Assembly: GCA_007376385.1 (NCBI GenBank)
Contig: VMGC01000001.1
Span: 1 to 64,000 of the forward strand
DNA: 64,000 bases
Direction: 5' to 3'
Origin: Parcubacteria group bacterium Gr01-1014_8
GTDB lineage: Bacteria; Patescibacteriota; Minisyncoccia; Phycocordibacterales; UBA2100
A program made the translations under genes and the position numbers. The notes under the pieces are model-generated. The model ran no database searches. It was not told the origin of the DNA and saw nothing but the letters and a program-made list of their open reading frames with translations. How positions within the stretch are numbered: the stretch's first letter is position 1; every line of letters starts with the position of its first letter. Positions 55,200 to 64,000 of the stretch are shown piece by piece.

Positions 55200-56939
55200 T
55201 CACTCTGAGATCACGCGCAACACTTCTTCGATGGTAGTGATTCCCTGTACTGCTTTAAAAATACCGTCTTCCGCCATGGAGAGCATGCCTTCACTCCGTG
55301 CCTGTTTTTCAATGGCATCTCCTGTTGCATTTGCCATGACAAGGTCCTTGATGGTCAACGTAACTGGCAAGACTTCATAGATACCGATGCGCCCGTTGAA
55401 TCCTTGCGGGGTTTCAGTTGATCCTTTTGGTTTATAGAACGGCACTTTGTTCCACGTTGCCTCCTTTGCAACAACTTTTTCTTCTTTCAGGGCCTTGAGA
55501 ACCGCCCCCCCGTCAACAAATTTTTCTAATTGGTTCTGTTCATCGCGAGAAAGCTCGTATGGCTCATGTTGCGCCGTCAATTTTCGGACAAGCCGCTGCC
55601 CGATCACCACGCGCAGTGTCGAGACAAGCAGGAATGGCTCCACACCCATGTCGAGGAGCCTCGCTACTGCGCCAGCAGCAGAATTCGTGTGGAGCGTTGA
55701 GAGCACCAAGTGACCCGTAAGAGCAGCGTTTATGGCAAGCGACGCTGTTTCTTTATCTCGAATTTCACCCACCATGATAATGTCCGGGTCCTGACGCACC
55801 AGCGAGCGAAGCCCGGTCGCAAACGTGAATCCTATCTCTGGTCTCACCTGTGTTTGATTCACACGCGCCATCTGATACTCGATAGGATCTTCGACAGTGG
55901 AGATATTTACATCCGGCGTGTTGATGATATCGAGGAGCGTATAGAGTGTTGTCGATTTTCCGGCACCAGTAGGACCAGTCGTGAGTATCATGCCTGTCGT
56001 TTTTCGCATCGCATCATGCATCCGTTCAAGCCCTGTACCGTGAAATCCGATACTTTCCAACGTAAAGCCTGAGATAGAATCGCGAAGAAGTCGCATAACT
56101 ATCTTTTCACCGTAGTACGTGGGGAGGACTGAGACACGAAATGATATCTTCTCTCCCCCAGCTTCTGCTCCGAAGCGCCCATCTTGCGGCAAGCGATGTT
56201 CATCAAGCCGCATATTTGCGAGAACTTTGATGCGTGCAGTGATAGCCGCTGCGGCATGTTTTGGCAATTCCATCGCGTCGTGCAAGATCCCATCGATACG
56301 ATAACGAATAAGAAGCGTATTTTCCAATGGTTCAATATGGATATCTGACGCATTCTGTGCCCCCGCATGGCGTAATAACGTATCCACAATGCGAACGGCT
56401 GAAACGCCCTCGGCCATCTGCCTTAGATCAGCCTCTCCGACATCGCCTTTCTCTTTTTCGAGCGCTACAGTCTCTCTCTTAATAACGTCGCCAAGCGTAT
56501 CCTTGAGACCCTTCTGATACTGTTTGAGCGAGGATTTGACCGAAGCTGCATCCGTAAGACGAGGCAATATTTTTAAACGCGTCTTTTTCTTAATGAAGTC
56601 GATGGCCGCGAGATCGTCAGTGTCGAGCATCGCAACTTCGAGCTCGTCGCCTTTGTGACTGAAAGAGATGATGTTGTTGCGGCGTGCAACAGGCTCAGGG
56701 ATAAGTGCAAGCGTCTCGTACGGTATATTCGTGCCGACCAGCGAGACAAACGGAATACCGAGGATATATGCATAGGTACGGCGAAGCTCATCCTCGCCAA
56801 TAGAGCCCTTCCCTACAAGAATATCGCCGATCGTTTTGCCGCTTTCTTTCGCTTCTAACTCTGCCACGTCAAAATCCTTTTGTGAGACCAGGTTTGCGTC
56901 AGCCAAAAACGATTTCAAGTGTGTATCAGAAATGTACAT
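55200..56939 (-). CDS. pilB: type IV pilus assembly ATPase PilB/GspE
   Basis: N-terminal GSPII_E_N domain. Walker A GPTGAGKSTTLY, Asp box, Walker B, His box and tetracysteine-less C-terminal domain. 579 aa. Confidence 0.9.
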   Translation of the reverse strand: MYISDTHLKSFLADANLVSQKDFDVAELEAKESGKTIGDILVGKGSIGEDELRRTYAYILGIPFVSLVGTNIPYETLALIPEPVARRNNIISFSHKGDELEVAMLDTDDLAAIDFIKKKTRLKILPRLTDAASVKSSLKQYQKGLKDTLGDVIKRETVALEKEKGDVGEADLRQMAEGVSAVRIVDTLLRHAGAQNASDIHIEPLENTLLIRYRIDGILHDAMELPKHAAAAITARIKVLANMRLDEHRLPQDGRFGAEAGGEKISFRVSVLPTYYGEKIVMRLLRDSISGFTLESIGFHGTGLERMHDAMRKTTGMILTTGPTGAGKSTTLYTLLDIINTPDVNISTVEDPIEYQMARVNQTQVRPEIGFTFATGLRSLVRQDPDIIMVGEIRDKETASLAINAALTGHLVLSTLHTNSAAGAVARLLDMGVEPFLLVSTLRVVIGQRLVRKLTAQHEPYELSRDEQNQLEKFVDGGAVLKALKEEKVVAKEATWNKVPFYKPKGSTETPQGFNGRIGIYEVLPVTLTIKDLVMANATGDAIEKQARSEGMLSMAEDGIFKAVQGITTIEEVLRVISE

Positions 56940-57077
56940 AGTTGAGAAACGTCTATTTCTTCAGAATCATGCGCACAATTAGTATATCATTGACACGGAA
57001 TATCCGTCTGATACACTCCTCGTACCTGTTCCGGCCTTGGCCGGAATTTTTATTGAAGGTTATACAACACAATCCAT

Positions 57078-58295
57078 ATGGCACTTTTTGACCTAAAAAC
57101 CTTGAATTCTGCACTCGATGAGCTGCAACAAGAGCGTGGGATTTCTCGCGAAAGCGTTATTGATGCGCTCTCAACAGCGCTCGCCGCAGCATACCGCCGC
57201 GAATACGGGAAACGAGGGCAGATAATCAGAGCATCATTCAATCCAGAGACGGGCGACGTTGAATTCCGCCAAGCAAAGATAGTCGTTGACGATTCGCTCA
57301 TCCGAAAAGAGGGCGAAGAGCCGACTGGGGACGACGACCACCGCTCGCGATTCAATCCGGAGCAACACATCATGCTCGAAGATGCCCAGCGCATACGAAA
57401 GGGCGCGATGCTTGACGAAGAGATCTCATTCCCTCTTGAGGCACGAGATGATTTCGGCCGCATCGCGGCACAAGCTGCAAAGCAGGTCATCATGCAAAAG
57501 ATCCGCGAAGCTGAGCGTGCCTCTATTATTTCTGAATATGGCGAACGCGAAGGAGAGATAGTGACCGGGCACGTGCAACGCTTTGAACGCGGTAATTTGT
57601 ACGTCGACCTCGGCCGCGCGACCGCAATTCTGCCCTACGACGAACAGATACCGGGAGAGCGGTACAGACAGGGAGAGCGCGTTCGCGCGCTTCTTCTGCG
57701 CGTAGACGAGGGAGTTCGCGGGACTTTCATCCGACTTTCCCGGTCTCACCCCCGCTTTTTGGAGAAACTATTCGAAACTGAGGTGCCGGAAATGGCAAAT
57801 AAGATCGTGGAAGCGAAAGGTATCGTCCGCGAACCGGGCAGCCGAGCCAAGATAGCCGTACACTCGAAAGATGAACACGTCGACCCGGTCGGCGCCCTTG
57901 TCGGCCAGAGAGGAGTACGAGTAGCGGTTGTCACCTCTGAACTCGGAGGTGAAAAGATCGATGTTGTCGAATGGTCAGAGAACCCAGCTGACTTCGTAAA
58001 GGAAGCGTTAAAGCCGGCACAAGTTCTTGGTATTCAACTCTTTGAGGAAGAGAGCCGTGCAGAAGTTCAAGTGTCAGAAGACCAGCAGTCACTTGCGATA
58101 GGGAGGGGCGGGCAAAATGTACGTCTCGCCGCACGTCTCACCGGTTGGAAGATAGATATTCGCTCTGCAGCGGGCGGTGAGGTCGGAAAACCGATCGAGA
58201 GCGCGGAAACGTCGATGCTTCCGGAAGGATCAAAAACTGAACCTGACGCAACAAAAGTAGATTCCACAGAAAGCGACGAGAAAAAAGCAGCATAA
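57078..58295 (+). CDS. nusA: transcription termination/antitermination factor NusA
   Basis: NusA N-terminal domain (ALSTALAAAYRRE), S1 domain and two KH domains (GxxG loops: IGRGGQNVRLA). Confidence 0.9.
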   Translation: MALFDLKTLNSALDELQQERGISRESVIDALSTALAAAYRREYGKRGQIIRASFNPETGDVEFRQAKIVVDDSLIRKEGEEPTGDDDHRSRFNPEQHIMLEDAQRIRKGAMLDEEISFPLEARDDFGRIAAQAAKQVIMQKIREAERASIISEYGEREGEIVTGHVQRFERGNLYVDLGRATAILPYDEQIPGERYRQGERVRALLLRVDEGVRGTFIRLSRSHPRFLEKLFETEVPEMANKIVEAKGIVREPGSRAKIAVHSKDEHVDPVGALVGQRGVRVAVVTSELGGEKIDVVEWSENPADFVKEALKPAQVLGIQLFEEESRAEVQVSEDQQSLAIGRGGQNVRLAARLTGWKIDIRSAAGGEVGKPIESAETSMLPEGSKTEPDATKVDSTESDEKKAA

Positions 58296-58318
58296 TCTGC
58301 TATTGTTAGCGGAAATAT

Positions 58319-58903
58319 ATGGCTACTATCGACCAAAAACCCTCGAAGTACATGCTCAACCTTCTGCATGTGCTCCCTGCGTACGCTAATGAAGAAAAAG
58401 GGATCGCAAACGGACTCGTCGAGATAAACACAAACTCCATCAACAAATACGAATTCATCACTGAGTCGGGCCAACTCAAACTTGATCGCGTCGGCTACTC
58501 ATCGCTTACATACCCTGTGGCATACGGGTTGATACCGCAAACATGGGATCAGGATAACGACATGCTCGATTTCATTATTGCAAACGTGACAGAGCCACTG
58601 GTACCAGGTTCGCTCGCAGAAGTACGCGTCATCGGCGTTATGAAATTCGAGGATGGCGGCGAACGCGACGACAAAATAATTACGGTACTTGCTGATGACA
58701 AGCGCATGGACCACATTGGCTCCTACGAGGATCTCGGCGGACACTGGCAAAAAGAAACGGAACACTATTTCGAACACTACAAAGATCTTAAGAAACCCGG
58801 CACATGCAAGGTACTCGGTTTTTTCGACATACCGGAGGCGCACAAGATAATCAAAGAGTGCACGGAGCGATACGAGAAAGAATATAAGCCCAAACTTTCG
58901 TAA
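58319..58903 (+). CDS. ppa: family I inorganic pyrophosphatase
   Basis: Metal-binding Asp cluster (DGDPLD-like DNDMLDFII) and the overall 194-aa PPase fold. Confidence 0.85.
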   Translation: MATIDQKPSKYMLNLLHVLPAYANEEKGIANGLVEINTNSINKYEFITESGQLKLDRVGYSSLTYPVAYGLIPQTWDQDNDMLDFIIANVTEPLVPGSLAEVRVIGVMKFEDGGERDDKIITVLADDKRMDHIGSYEDLGGHWQKETEHYFEHYKDLKKPGTCKVLGFFDIPEAHKIIKECTERYEKEYKPKLS

Positions 58904-59074
58904 ACCGGCATCTGTTTCTGGCTCCTCGGCTCGGCAATGAAAATGAGTACATTTTCATTCCACTCACTCTACGTCGCCAGTAAGTAATCCCCATGCCGCC
59001 GCGCCGTATCGCACAAACCGACGTTTACGTCGTGTTATTCTGATGGCAAATACAACGTTACTCTCATTCATCCT

Positions 59075-59977
59075 ATGAATATCAGATCAACTACCTTCAC
59101 TATTACACTCCTTGGAGTCCTCTGCGCAAGCAGCGCTTTTGCCCATGTTGCGTCCGCACAAGATGCAAACGTAGAAATTGATGCGGACGTCGGTATCTCT
59201 CCCGTCACATTGCCAAACAACCCGTTGAAAAAGCTTCGCGAAAAGGCACAGGGCATCAATAATGCGATACAGGTCCAAAAACAAGAATTCCGCGATGACC
59301 GCAAAGAGTTCATCCAGGAAAAAGCTGACGTAAAAGCCGGGATCAAAGAAGAGCGTAAGGAATTCTGGCAAGACACCGTGGAAGAACGCAAGGCAATGCA
59401 TGCCGAGACAAAGGCAGAGCTCGAAGCCGCAACAACGCCGCAAGAAAAAAAGTCGATCTTGAAAATAGCACAACAACATCGCGCAGAATTTCGCATGCAG
59501 GTGAAAACAGACTCCGCAGCCATGCGCGAGAGTTTCCGAGCTAAACGAAACGATCTGCGCCAAGAAGCGCGCGATCTTATCGCTGATAAATTTGTGATGA
59601 TAATGAATCGGCTTGTCAACGCACTTGAGCGTTTTGACCAGATCCTTGGACGTATCGATTCGCGGATCGAAAAGATGCGAGCGGACGGAATCGATGTCTC
59701 CACTGCCGTTTCTGCTAGTGTCTCCGCTAATCTCTCAGTTGATGCGGCATCCGTTGCAATCGCCGACGCACAGGCAGCTATCGAAGTCGCCGCTTCTTCT
59801 GATACGCCGCGAGACCATTTTGAAGAAGTTCGAACTGCCGTTCGTGCGGCAGTCGATGCAGTAAAGGCAGCACATGAAGCTATCAAGAATGCGCTTCGCG
59901 CGCTGAAAGGCCTCGCAGGGCAAGCAGAAACCTCGGCATCGCTTGAGAGGTCTGCATCAACTGACACATCCAATTAA
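59075..59977 (+). CDS. secreted all-helical coiled-coil protein (DUF5667-like)
   Basis: Signal peptide MNIRSTTFTITLLGVLCASSAFAHVASA, then K/E-rich heptads. The antisense ORF 59068..59973 is S/A/R low-complexity and is rejected. Confidence 0.6.
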   Translation: MNIRSTTFTITLLGVLCASSAFAHVASAQDANVEIDADVGISPVTLPNNPLKKLREKAQGINNAIQVQKQEFRDDRKEFIQEKADVKAGIKEERKEFWQDTVEERKAMHAETKAELEAATTPQEKKSILKIAQQHRAEFRMQVKTDSAAMRESFRAKRNDLRQEARDLIADKFVMIMNRLVNALERFDQILGRIDSRIEKMRADGIDVSTAVSASVSANLSVDAASVAIADAQAAIEVAASSDTPRDHFEEVRTAVRAAVDAVKAAHEAIKNALRALKGLAGQAETSASLERSASTDTSN

Positions 59978-59998
59978 TAACTATTAACCAGGGATACT

Positions 59999-60340
59999 AT
60001 GGAACAAAGTAGCGCTGTCTCTCCGAATATACCTCAGACGCCCCCAGGGCAGGCGCCTCTTCCGCAACGAGAAAAAAGTTCTATCGGACCTCTGATAGGA
60101 ACGCTCATCATCGTCCTCATTATTGCTGCGGGAGGTCTCTATTTTTGGGGCGCAAAGCTAAATAGCATGAATTCAAATAACCTGCCACCTTTGATCCTCG
60201 GTGATGATTCCGCTGGACTTCCACCGACGTCGTCATCTGATTCCGTGGCAGCCATCGAAATGGATGTCTCAGCAACCGATATGGATACTCTTGAAAGAGA
60301 GGTCGGAGCTGACATGCAGGCAATCGACTCATCGATGTGA
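59999..60340 (+). CDS. small single-pass membrane protein
   Basis: 113 aa; TM SIGPLIGTLIIVLIIAAGGLYFW; Pro-rich N-terminus. Confidence 0.45.
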   Translation: MEQSSAVSPNIPQTPPGQAPLPQREKSSIGPLIGTLIIVLIIAAGGLYFWGAKLNSMNSNNLPPLILGDDSAGLPPTSSSDSVAAIEMDVSATDMDTLEREVGADMQAIDSSM

Positions 60341-60407
60341 TCCCCTTCGCACTGGATCTGCGCGTTACCTATGTGCGAGAGTGTCTCTTTTCTGCTATTC
60401 TCTCGCA

Positions 60408-61475
60408 ATGCACGGAGCAAAAAACGTACAGATCTCAAGAGATGAGTCAAACTGGGAACTTGAGATCAAAGCTGAATTTCCCCCCGAAATTCTGCAACAT
60501 TACCGCAAGGAAGCTGTCAGGGATATCGGAAAAAATGCAAAGATAAGCGGCTTCCGTCCCGGCCATATTCCGGAAGCGGTTCTTGTTCGCGAATTTGGTG
60601 AAACCGCGATACTCGAGCACGCCGCAGAACATGCCATTCAGCATGAGCTCCCAGAAATTCTCGCAGCTGAAAAAGCGAATATAGTCGAAGCGCCGCGAGT
60701 TTCTATCGAGAAGCCTGTTTCTGATAAACCGCTCCGATTCACTGCACGAGCTCCCCTTGCGCCAGAAATACATCTTCCTGATTACAAAAAAATAGCCGGG
60801 GTACGGAACGCGAAACAAGAAACAGTAAGTGTCTCCGACGGCGAGCATATCGAGACACAGACACATTTGCGCAGAGAAAGAGCACGCATCGAGAAGGTCG
60901 AGGGGGGCATGGAGCCGGCCCAAGCGGCAGAAGAGGCTCAAAAAGCGAAGATAGAGGACCTTCCTCCCTTGGACGATGAATTCGTAAAAAGCCTAGGTTA
61001 CGCAAGCGCTGAAGATTTCACCCAAAAACTTCGAGAACATATTAAAAACGAGAAGGAGCTGCAGGCAAAGAGCAAGCACCGCGCCGAGCTCATCGACGAC
61101 ATTGTACGCGAATCACGTGTTTCGTACCCCTCAATACTCCGAGAGTACGAACTCGACGATATGGAAGTGCGCATGCGAGGCGACCTCGAGCGCATGGGTA
61201 AAACGTTTGAAGAATATATGTCAGAAACAAAGAAAACCCGTGATGCTATCCGCTTGGAGTGGAAAGAAGCCGCTGACAAACGAGCCAAAATACGTCTTAT
61301 TCTGAGCGAAATTGCCCGTACTGAAAGACTAGAGCCTGACGAACTTGCACTTTCCCACGAGATCCTCCATGCAAAAAAACACCGTGCCCACGCTGACCCA
61401 AATGTGCTGCGCGCGCACATCGCACACGCGATGCGCAATGAAAAAGTACTTGAACTGCTGGAAAAGCTTTCTTAG
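60408..61475 (+). CDS. tig: trigger factor (appears to lack the FKBP PPIase domain)
   Basis: N-terminal ribosome-binding domain with the GFRPGHIP signature and a C-terminal helical arm domain. Only 356 aa from the MHGAKN start. No FKBP-like segment seen. Confidence 0.8.
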   Translation: MHGAKNVQISRDESNWELEIKAEFPPEILQHYRKEAVRDIGKNAKISGFRPGHIPEAVLVREFGETAILEHAAEHAIQHELPEILAAEKANIVEAPRVSIEKPVSDKPLRFTARAPLAPEIHLPDYKKIAGVRNAKQETVSVSDGEHIETQTHLRRERARIEKVEGGMEPAQAAEEAQKAKIEDLPPLDDEFVKSLGYASAEDFTQKLREHIKNEKELQAKSKHRAELIDDIVRESRVSYPSILREYELDDMEVRMRGDLERMGKTFEEYMSETKKTRDAIRLEWKEAADKRAKIRLILSEIARTERLEPDELALSHEILHAKKHRAHADPNVLRAHIAHAMRNEKVLELLEKLS

Positions 61476-61522
61476 CCGTGTTGCAATGAGAGTGCAGAAC
61501 TCTCCCATTAGGTAAGAAAATC

Positions 61523-62053
61523 ATGGAACATACGTCAAAGGCAGCAGAGGCAGAGAAAGCGTTTTTGGCCGCATATGAAAGCCATGCGGACAGCCTATTT
61601 CGCTTCCTTGCCACAAAGGTATCTGATCGCGAGATCGCGCGGGACCTTATGCAAGAAACATTCACGCGTGCGTGGGACTACTGTGTGGAAGGCGGACGGA
61701 TCGAACAATGGAAGCCGTTCCTCTTTCGAACCGCCTACAATCTCGTCGTGGATACGTACCGCAAGAAGCGCACAGTATCATTGGATGCCATGATAGAGGA
61801 CCAAGGATTCGCTATCCCGCACGACGGTGATGTGAAAAGCATCAATCGTGCAGAAATGTCCCGCATCAGAAACGCGATAGACGACCTGGACGATATCTAT
61901 CGAGATGTGCTTATACTTCGCTTTACCGAAGATCTGCCGCCTAAAGAGATAGCGCAAGTACTTCGGCTCTCTGAAAATGTCGTTTCCGTTCGAATACACC
62001 GAGGCTTGGCAAAACTTCGAGAGAATGTGACCGGAGGCGAAAAAAAGATATGA
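61523..62053 (+). CDS. ECF-type RNA polymerase sigma factor
   Basis: Region 2 (ARDLMQETFTRAWDY, FRTAYNLVVD) and region 4 HTH (EIAQVLRLSENVVSVRIHRGLAKLRE). Confidence 0.85.
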   Translation: MEHTSKAAEAEKAFLAAYESHADSLFRFLATKVSDREIARDLMQETFTRAWDYCVEGGRIEQWKPFLFRTAYNLVVDTYRKKRTVSLDAMIEDQGFAIPHDGDVKSINRAEMSRIRNAIDDLDDIYRDVLILRFTEDLPPKEIAQVLRLSENVVSVRIHRGLAKLRENVTGGEKKI

Positions 62054-63300
62054 ATTTTATGGAACACAATATAGAAGAACAAAAACTCGGACGCTTGATC
62101 AAGGCGGCGACTAATATCGAGCTCTCTCCAGAAGCTCGCGCAGAAACGCACGCAGTTCTGAGCGAGTACCTGAAATTCAAACCGATACGAAAAAGCGCTG
62201 CGAGAACACCATTTTCCAAGGTCACAACGATCTTCACGACTGAGCTGCGAATTCATCCAATGCCGTTCATTGCTGCGATCATGGTCATTGTCGTAGGCGG
62301 AAGCACCGCGGGTGCGGCTGAACTATCATTGCCGGGAGATGTCCTCTACCCTATCAAAGTCAACGTAAATGAAGAGGTGCGCGCCGCACTCACGGTCTCG
62401 ACAAGATCCCAAGCCGAATGGGCCATCGAGAGGGCGGAACGCCGCATGGCGGAGGCCGCAACACTCGCGCTCTCCGGCGAACTTGATGAAGAAACGCGGG
62501 CTGATATCGATTCTCGCATCGAGAAACACATACGGGTTGCCGAGGCAGAGAGCGCAGAGCTTGAAGCGGAAAATGATCTTGCTGCTGCGGCAGAAGTCGA
62601 AGCAAGCCTCGGGGCCACACTTCGGGCCCACGAATATGCGCTCACTGATATTCGCGGAGAAATTCATGATGAGAAAAGTCTCGAACAATTTGACGGCGTT
62701 ATCGCAAACGTCAGTGCTCGAGCGCTTCTGATCAGCGGAATAGAAGATACATTAAACTCAAAGATCGCAGAAAAAGCGGAGGACGATGATGAGATCGAGG
62801 GGCATCGCATTGCGGCTCGTACGCGTATTGACGCATCAGTGCGGCAGCTCTCTCGCTCCTCCCGCGTCAGCATCGATACAAAAAGCCGCGCAAAGGCAGA
62901 GATAAGTGCAGCAAATGATACGTACGACGAAGGAGAATCCGCGATTAAAAGCGGCAAGAAACGTGAAGCATTTACGAGATTCAACTCGGCGCTTCGTTCT
63001 GCGATCGAAACACAGGCCTATTTGAACGCGCGAGAAAAATTCGGGGATTTTGCGGTGAAAATTGAAAGTAAGACACAAAAAAATGAGGAGTATTCTGATG
63101 ACAAGGACTCGGATGCCTCAGGTACCCTAATGACGACCATGGAAATCGGAGTGGCATTTAGCACAACAACTGCGACCTCGACAATAACTAATGACAGCGT
63201 ATCTCATCAAACAAATGGGGACAAGGACAACGGCGATGATGATGGCGATAATTCGGACTCCGGCAATGGAGGAATAAAAATCAAAATCAAGGGAGATTGA
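62050..63300 (+). CDS. DUF5667-like membrane-anchored helical protein, putative anti-sigma factor partner
   Basis: Overlaps the sigma-factor stop by 4 nt. Single TM ([18 protein letters not shown]) followed by a long E/A/R-rich helical domain and a D/G-rich tail. Confidence 0.65.
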   Translation: MNFMEHNIEEQKLGRLIKAATNIELSPEARAETHAVLSEYLKFKPIRKSAARTPFSKVTTIFTTELRIHPMPFIAAIMVIVVGGSTAGAAELSLPGDVLYPIKVNVNEEVRAALTVSTRSQAEWAIERAERRMAEAATLALSGELDEETRADIDSRIEKHIRVAEAESAELEAENDLAAAAEVEASLGATLRAHEYALTDIRGEIHDEKSLEQFDGVIANVSARALLISGIEDTLNSKIAEKAEDDDEIEGHRIAARTRIDASVRQLSRSSRVSIDTKSRAKAEISAANDTYDEGESAIKSGKKREAFTRFNSALRSAIETQAYLNAREKFGDFAVKIESKTQKNEEYSDDKDSDASGTLMTTMEIGVAFSTTTATSTITNDSVSHQTNGDKDNGDDDGDNSDSGNGGIKIKIKGD

Positions 63301-63362
63301 CCCAACTCGGAGCTCCCCAAATATTTTGCACAGAAAAAATTCTGGTGGTAAACTCATTGGAT

Positions 63363-63956
63363 ATGAACACTCAGAAATCGCAGATGCTGGTACCGATGGT
63401 CGTCGAGAAAACGTCGTTTGGCGAACGCGCGTACGACATTTACTCGAGGCTTCTAAAAGAGAGGATAGTCTTCCTTGGCGGGCCTATCGATAGCGATGTC
63501 GCCAATCTTGTCGTCGCACAACTTCTATTTCTTGCTTCCGAAGACGCAAAAAAAGATATTTCATTTTACATCAACTCCCCTGGCGGGCATGTCTCTGCAG
63601 GACTTGCGATCCTCGACACAATGAACCATATACAACCGAATGTTTCGACCGTGTGCGTCGGCATCGCAGCATCGATGGCTGCTGTCCTTCTCTCGTCCGG
63701 AGAAAAAGGGAAGCGATTCGCACTTCCGAATGCAGAAGTGATGATTCACCAACCATCAGGGGGCGCAGAAGGCCAAGCATCTGATATCGAAATAACTGCA
63801 AAGCACATTATCGCAACCCGTGACCGGCTGAATAAGATCCTCGCAAAAAATACCGGGCAAATTCTGAAGAAGATAGAGACCGACGTGGATAGGGATTTTT
63901 TCATGAGCGCCGAAGAATCAGTAAAATATGGTATTATCGACAAAGTACTCCACTAG
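63363..63956 (+). CDS. clpP: ATP-dependent Clp protease proteolytic subunit
   Basis: [33 protein letters not shown] ... catalytic Ser in GIAASMAA, His in MIHQP, Asp downstream. Confidence 0.92.
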   Translation: MNTQKSQMLVPMVVEKTSFGERAYDIYSRLLKERIVFLGGPIDSDVANLVVAQLLFLASEDAKKDISFYINSPGGHVSAGLAILDTMNHIQPNVSTVCVGIAASMAAVLLSSGEKGKRFALPNAEVMIHQPSGGAEGQASDIEITAKHIIATRDRLNKILAKNTGQILKKIETDVDRDFFMSAEESVKYGIIDKVLH

Positions 63957-64000
63957 CTCCGAAACAGGATATTATCGATGTTTTAAGGTGGATATTGGGT

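Noticed and set aside
59068-59973. 301-aa minus-strand ORF mirroring the plus-strand gene 59075..59977.
   Set aside because: Its S/A/R-rich low-complexity translation has no signal or motif. The plus-strand product has a clean signal peptide and helical heptads and fits the local plus-strand gene order (nusA, ppa, tig).
1-64000. CRISPR arrays, transposases, integrases, rRNA genes.
   Set aside because: No regularly spaced direct repeats of 25-40 nt with unique spacers were seen. No DDE, serine or tyrosine recombinase motifs were seen. No rRNA-like stretches were seen. The only repeat arrays are the in-gene 135-bp coding repeats and the short 7-mer cluster at 5548..5640.

Overview
This 64 kb window looks like a small-genome, gene-dense bacterium, most plausibly a Candidate Phyla Radiation / Patescibacteria-type lineage. 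That lineage call is an inference from gene content only.

Housekeeping genes are interleaved with an unusually large load of giant secreted proteins. Those I recognise from conserved motifs are the str-operon core (rpsL, rpsG, fusA), rpmB, pgk-tpiA, nusA, ppa, tig, an ECF sigma factor with a DUF5667-like partner, clpP, recJ, rnhA, mscL, Fe/Mn SOD, a HIT protein and an M50-type protease. ComEC is split into a membrane-domain gene and a separate MBL-domain gene. There is a compact type IV pilus cluster: pilB, pilC, two prepilin-type proteins, a PilX-like protein and a secreted hypothetical.

About half of the window (roughly 2.1-23.2 kb and 37.2-45.8 kb) encodes at least 11 large minus/plus-strand secreted proteins. 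They are built from a Sec signal peptide, a heptad/alanine-zipper segment, a PG_binding_1-like domain, PKD-type modules (FGDGS ... HxYxxxGxYTV signatures) and a recurring ~50-aa four-cysteine module. Some also carry SH3b, FN3, LamG, IPT, Kazal-like or GH43-like propeller parts.

The most unusual features:
- A roughly 60-nt 3' end that is conserved at nucleotide level. It encodes a C-terminal tail '...LTALESALKAILQLLGQ*' shared by several of these genes. Orphan tail copies sit next to the inserted toxin-antitoxin modules (RelE/Phd, HepT/MntA, HEPN/MNT) and an AAA ATPase. One gene's tail is split by a TAG codon plus a ~190-nt structured insertion.
- A secreted protein with about 10 tandem C-x5-C-x3-C-x8-C (+His) repeats and a Met/Pro-rich tail, co-operonic with a small NPY-repeat membrane protein.
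- A short ORF immediately upstream of fusA that re-encodes the first 17 residues of EF-G with synonymous differences.
- A GNAT-like N-terminal extension placed in front of a prepilin cleavage motif.
- An L,D-transpeptidase fused to a PBP5-type D,D-carboxypeptidase.
- Gene debris: a TAG-interrupted PKD gene and a DUF45 remnant.

No rRNA, tRNA, CRISPR array, transposase or integrase was recognisable.
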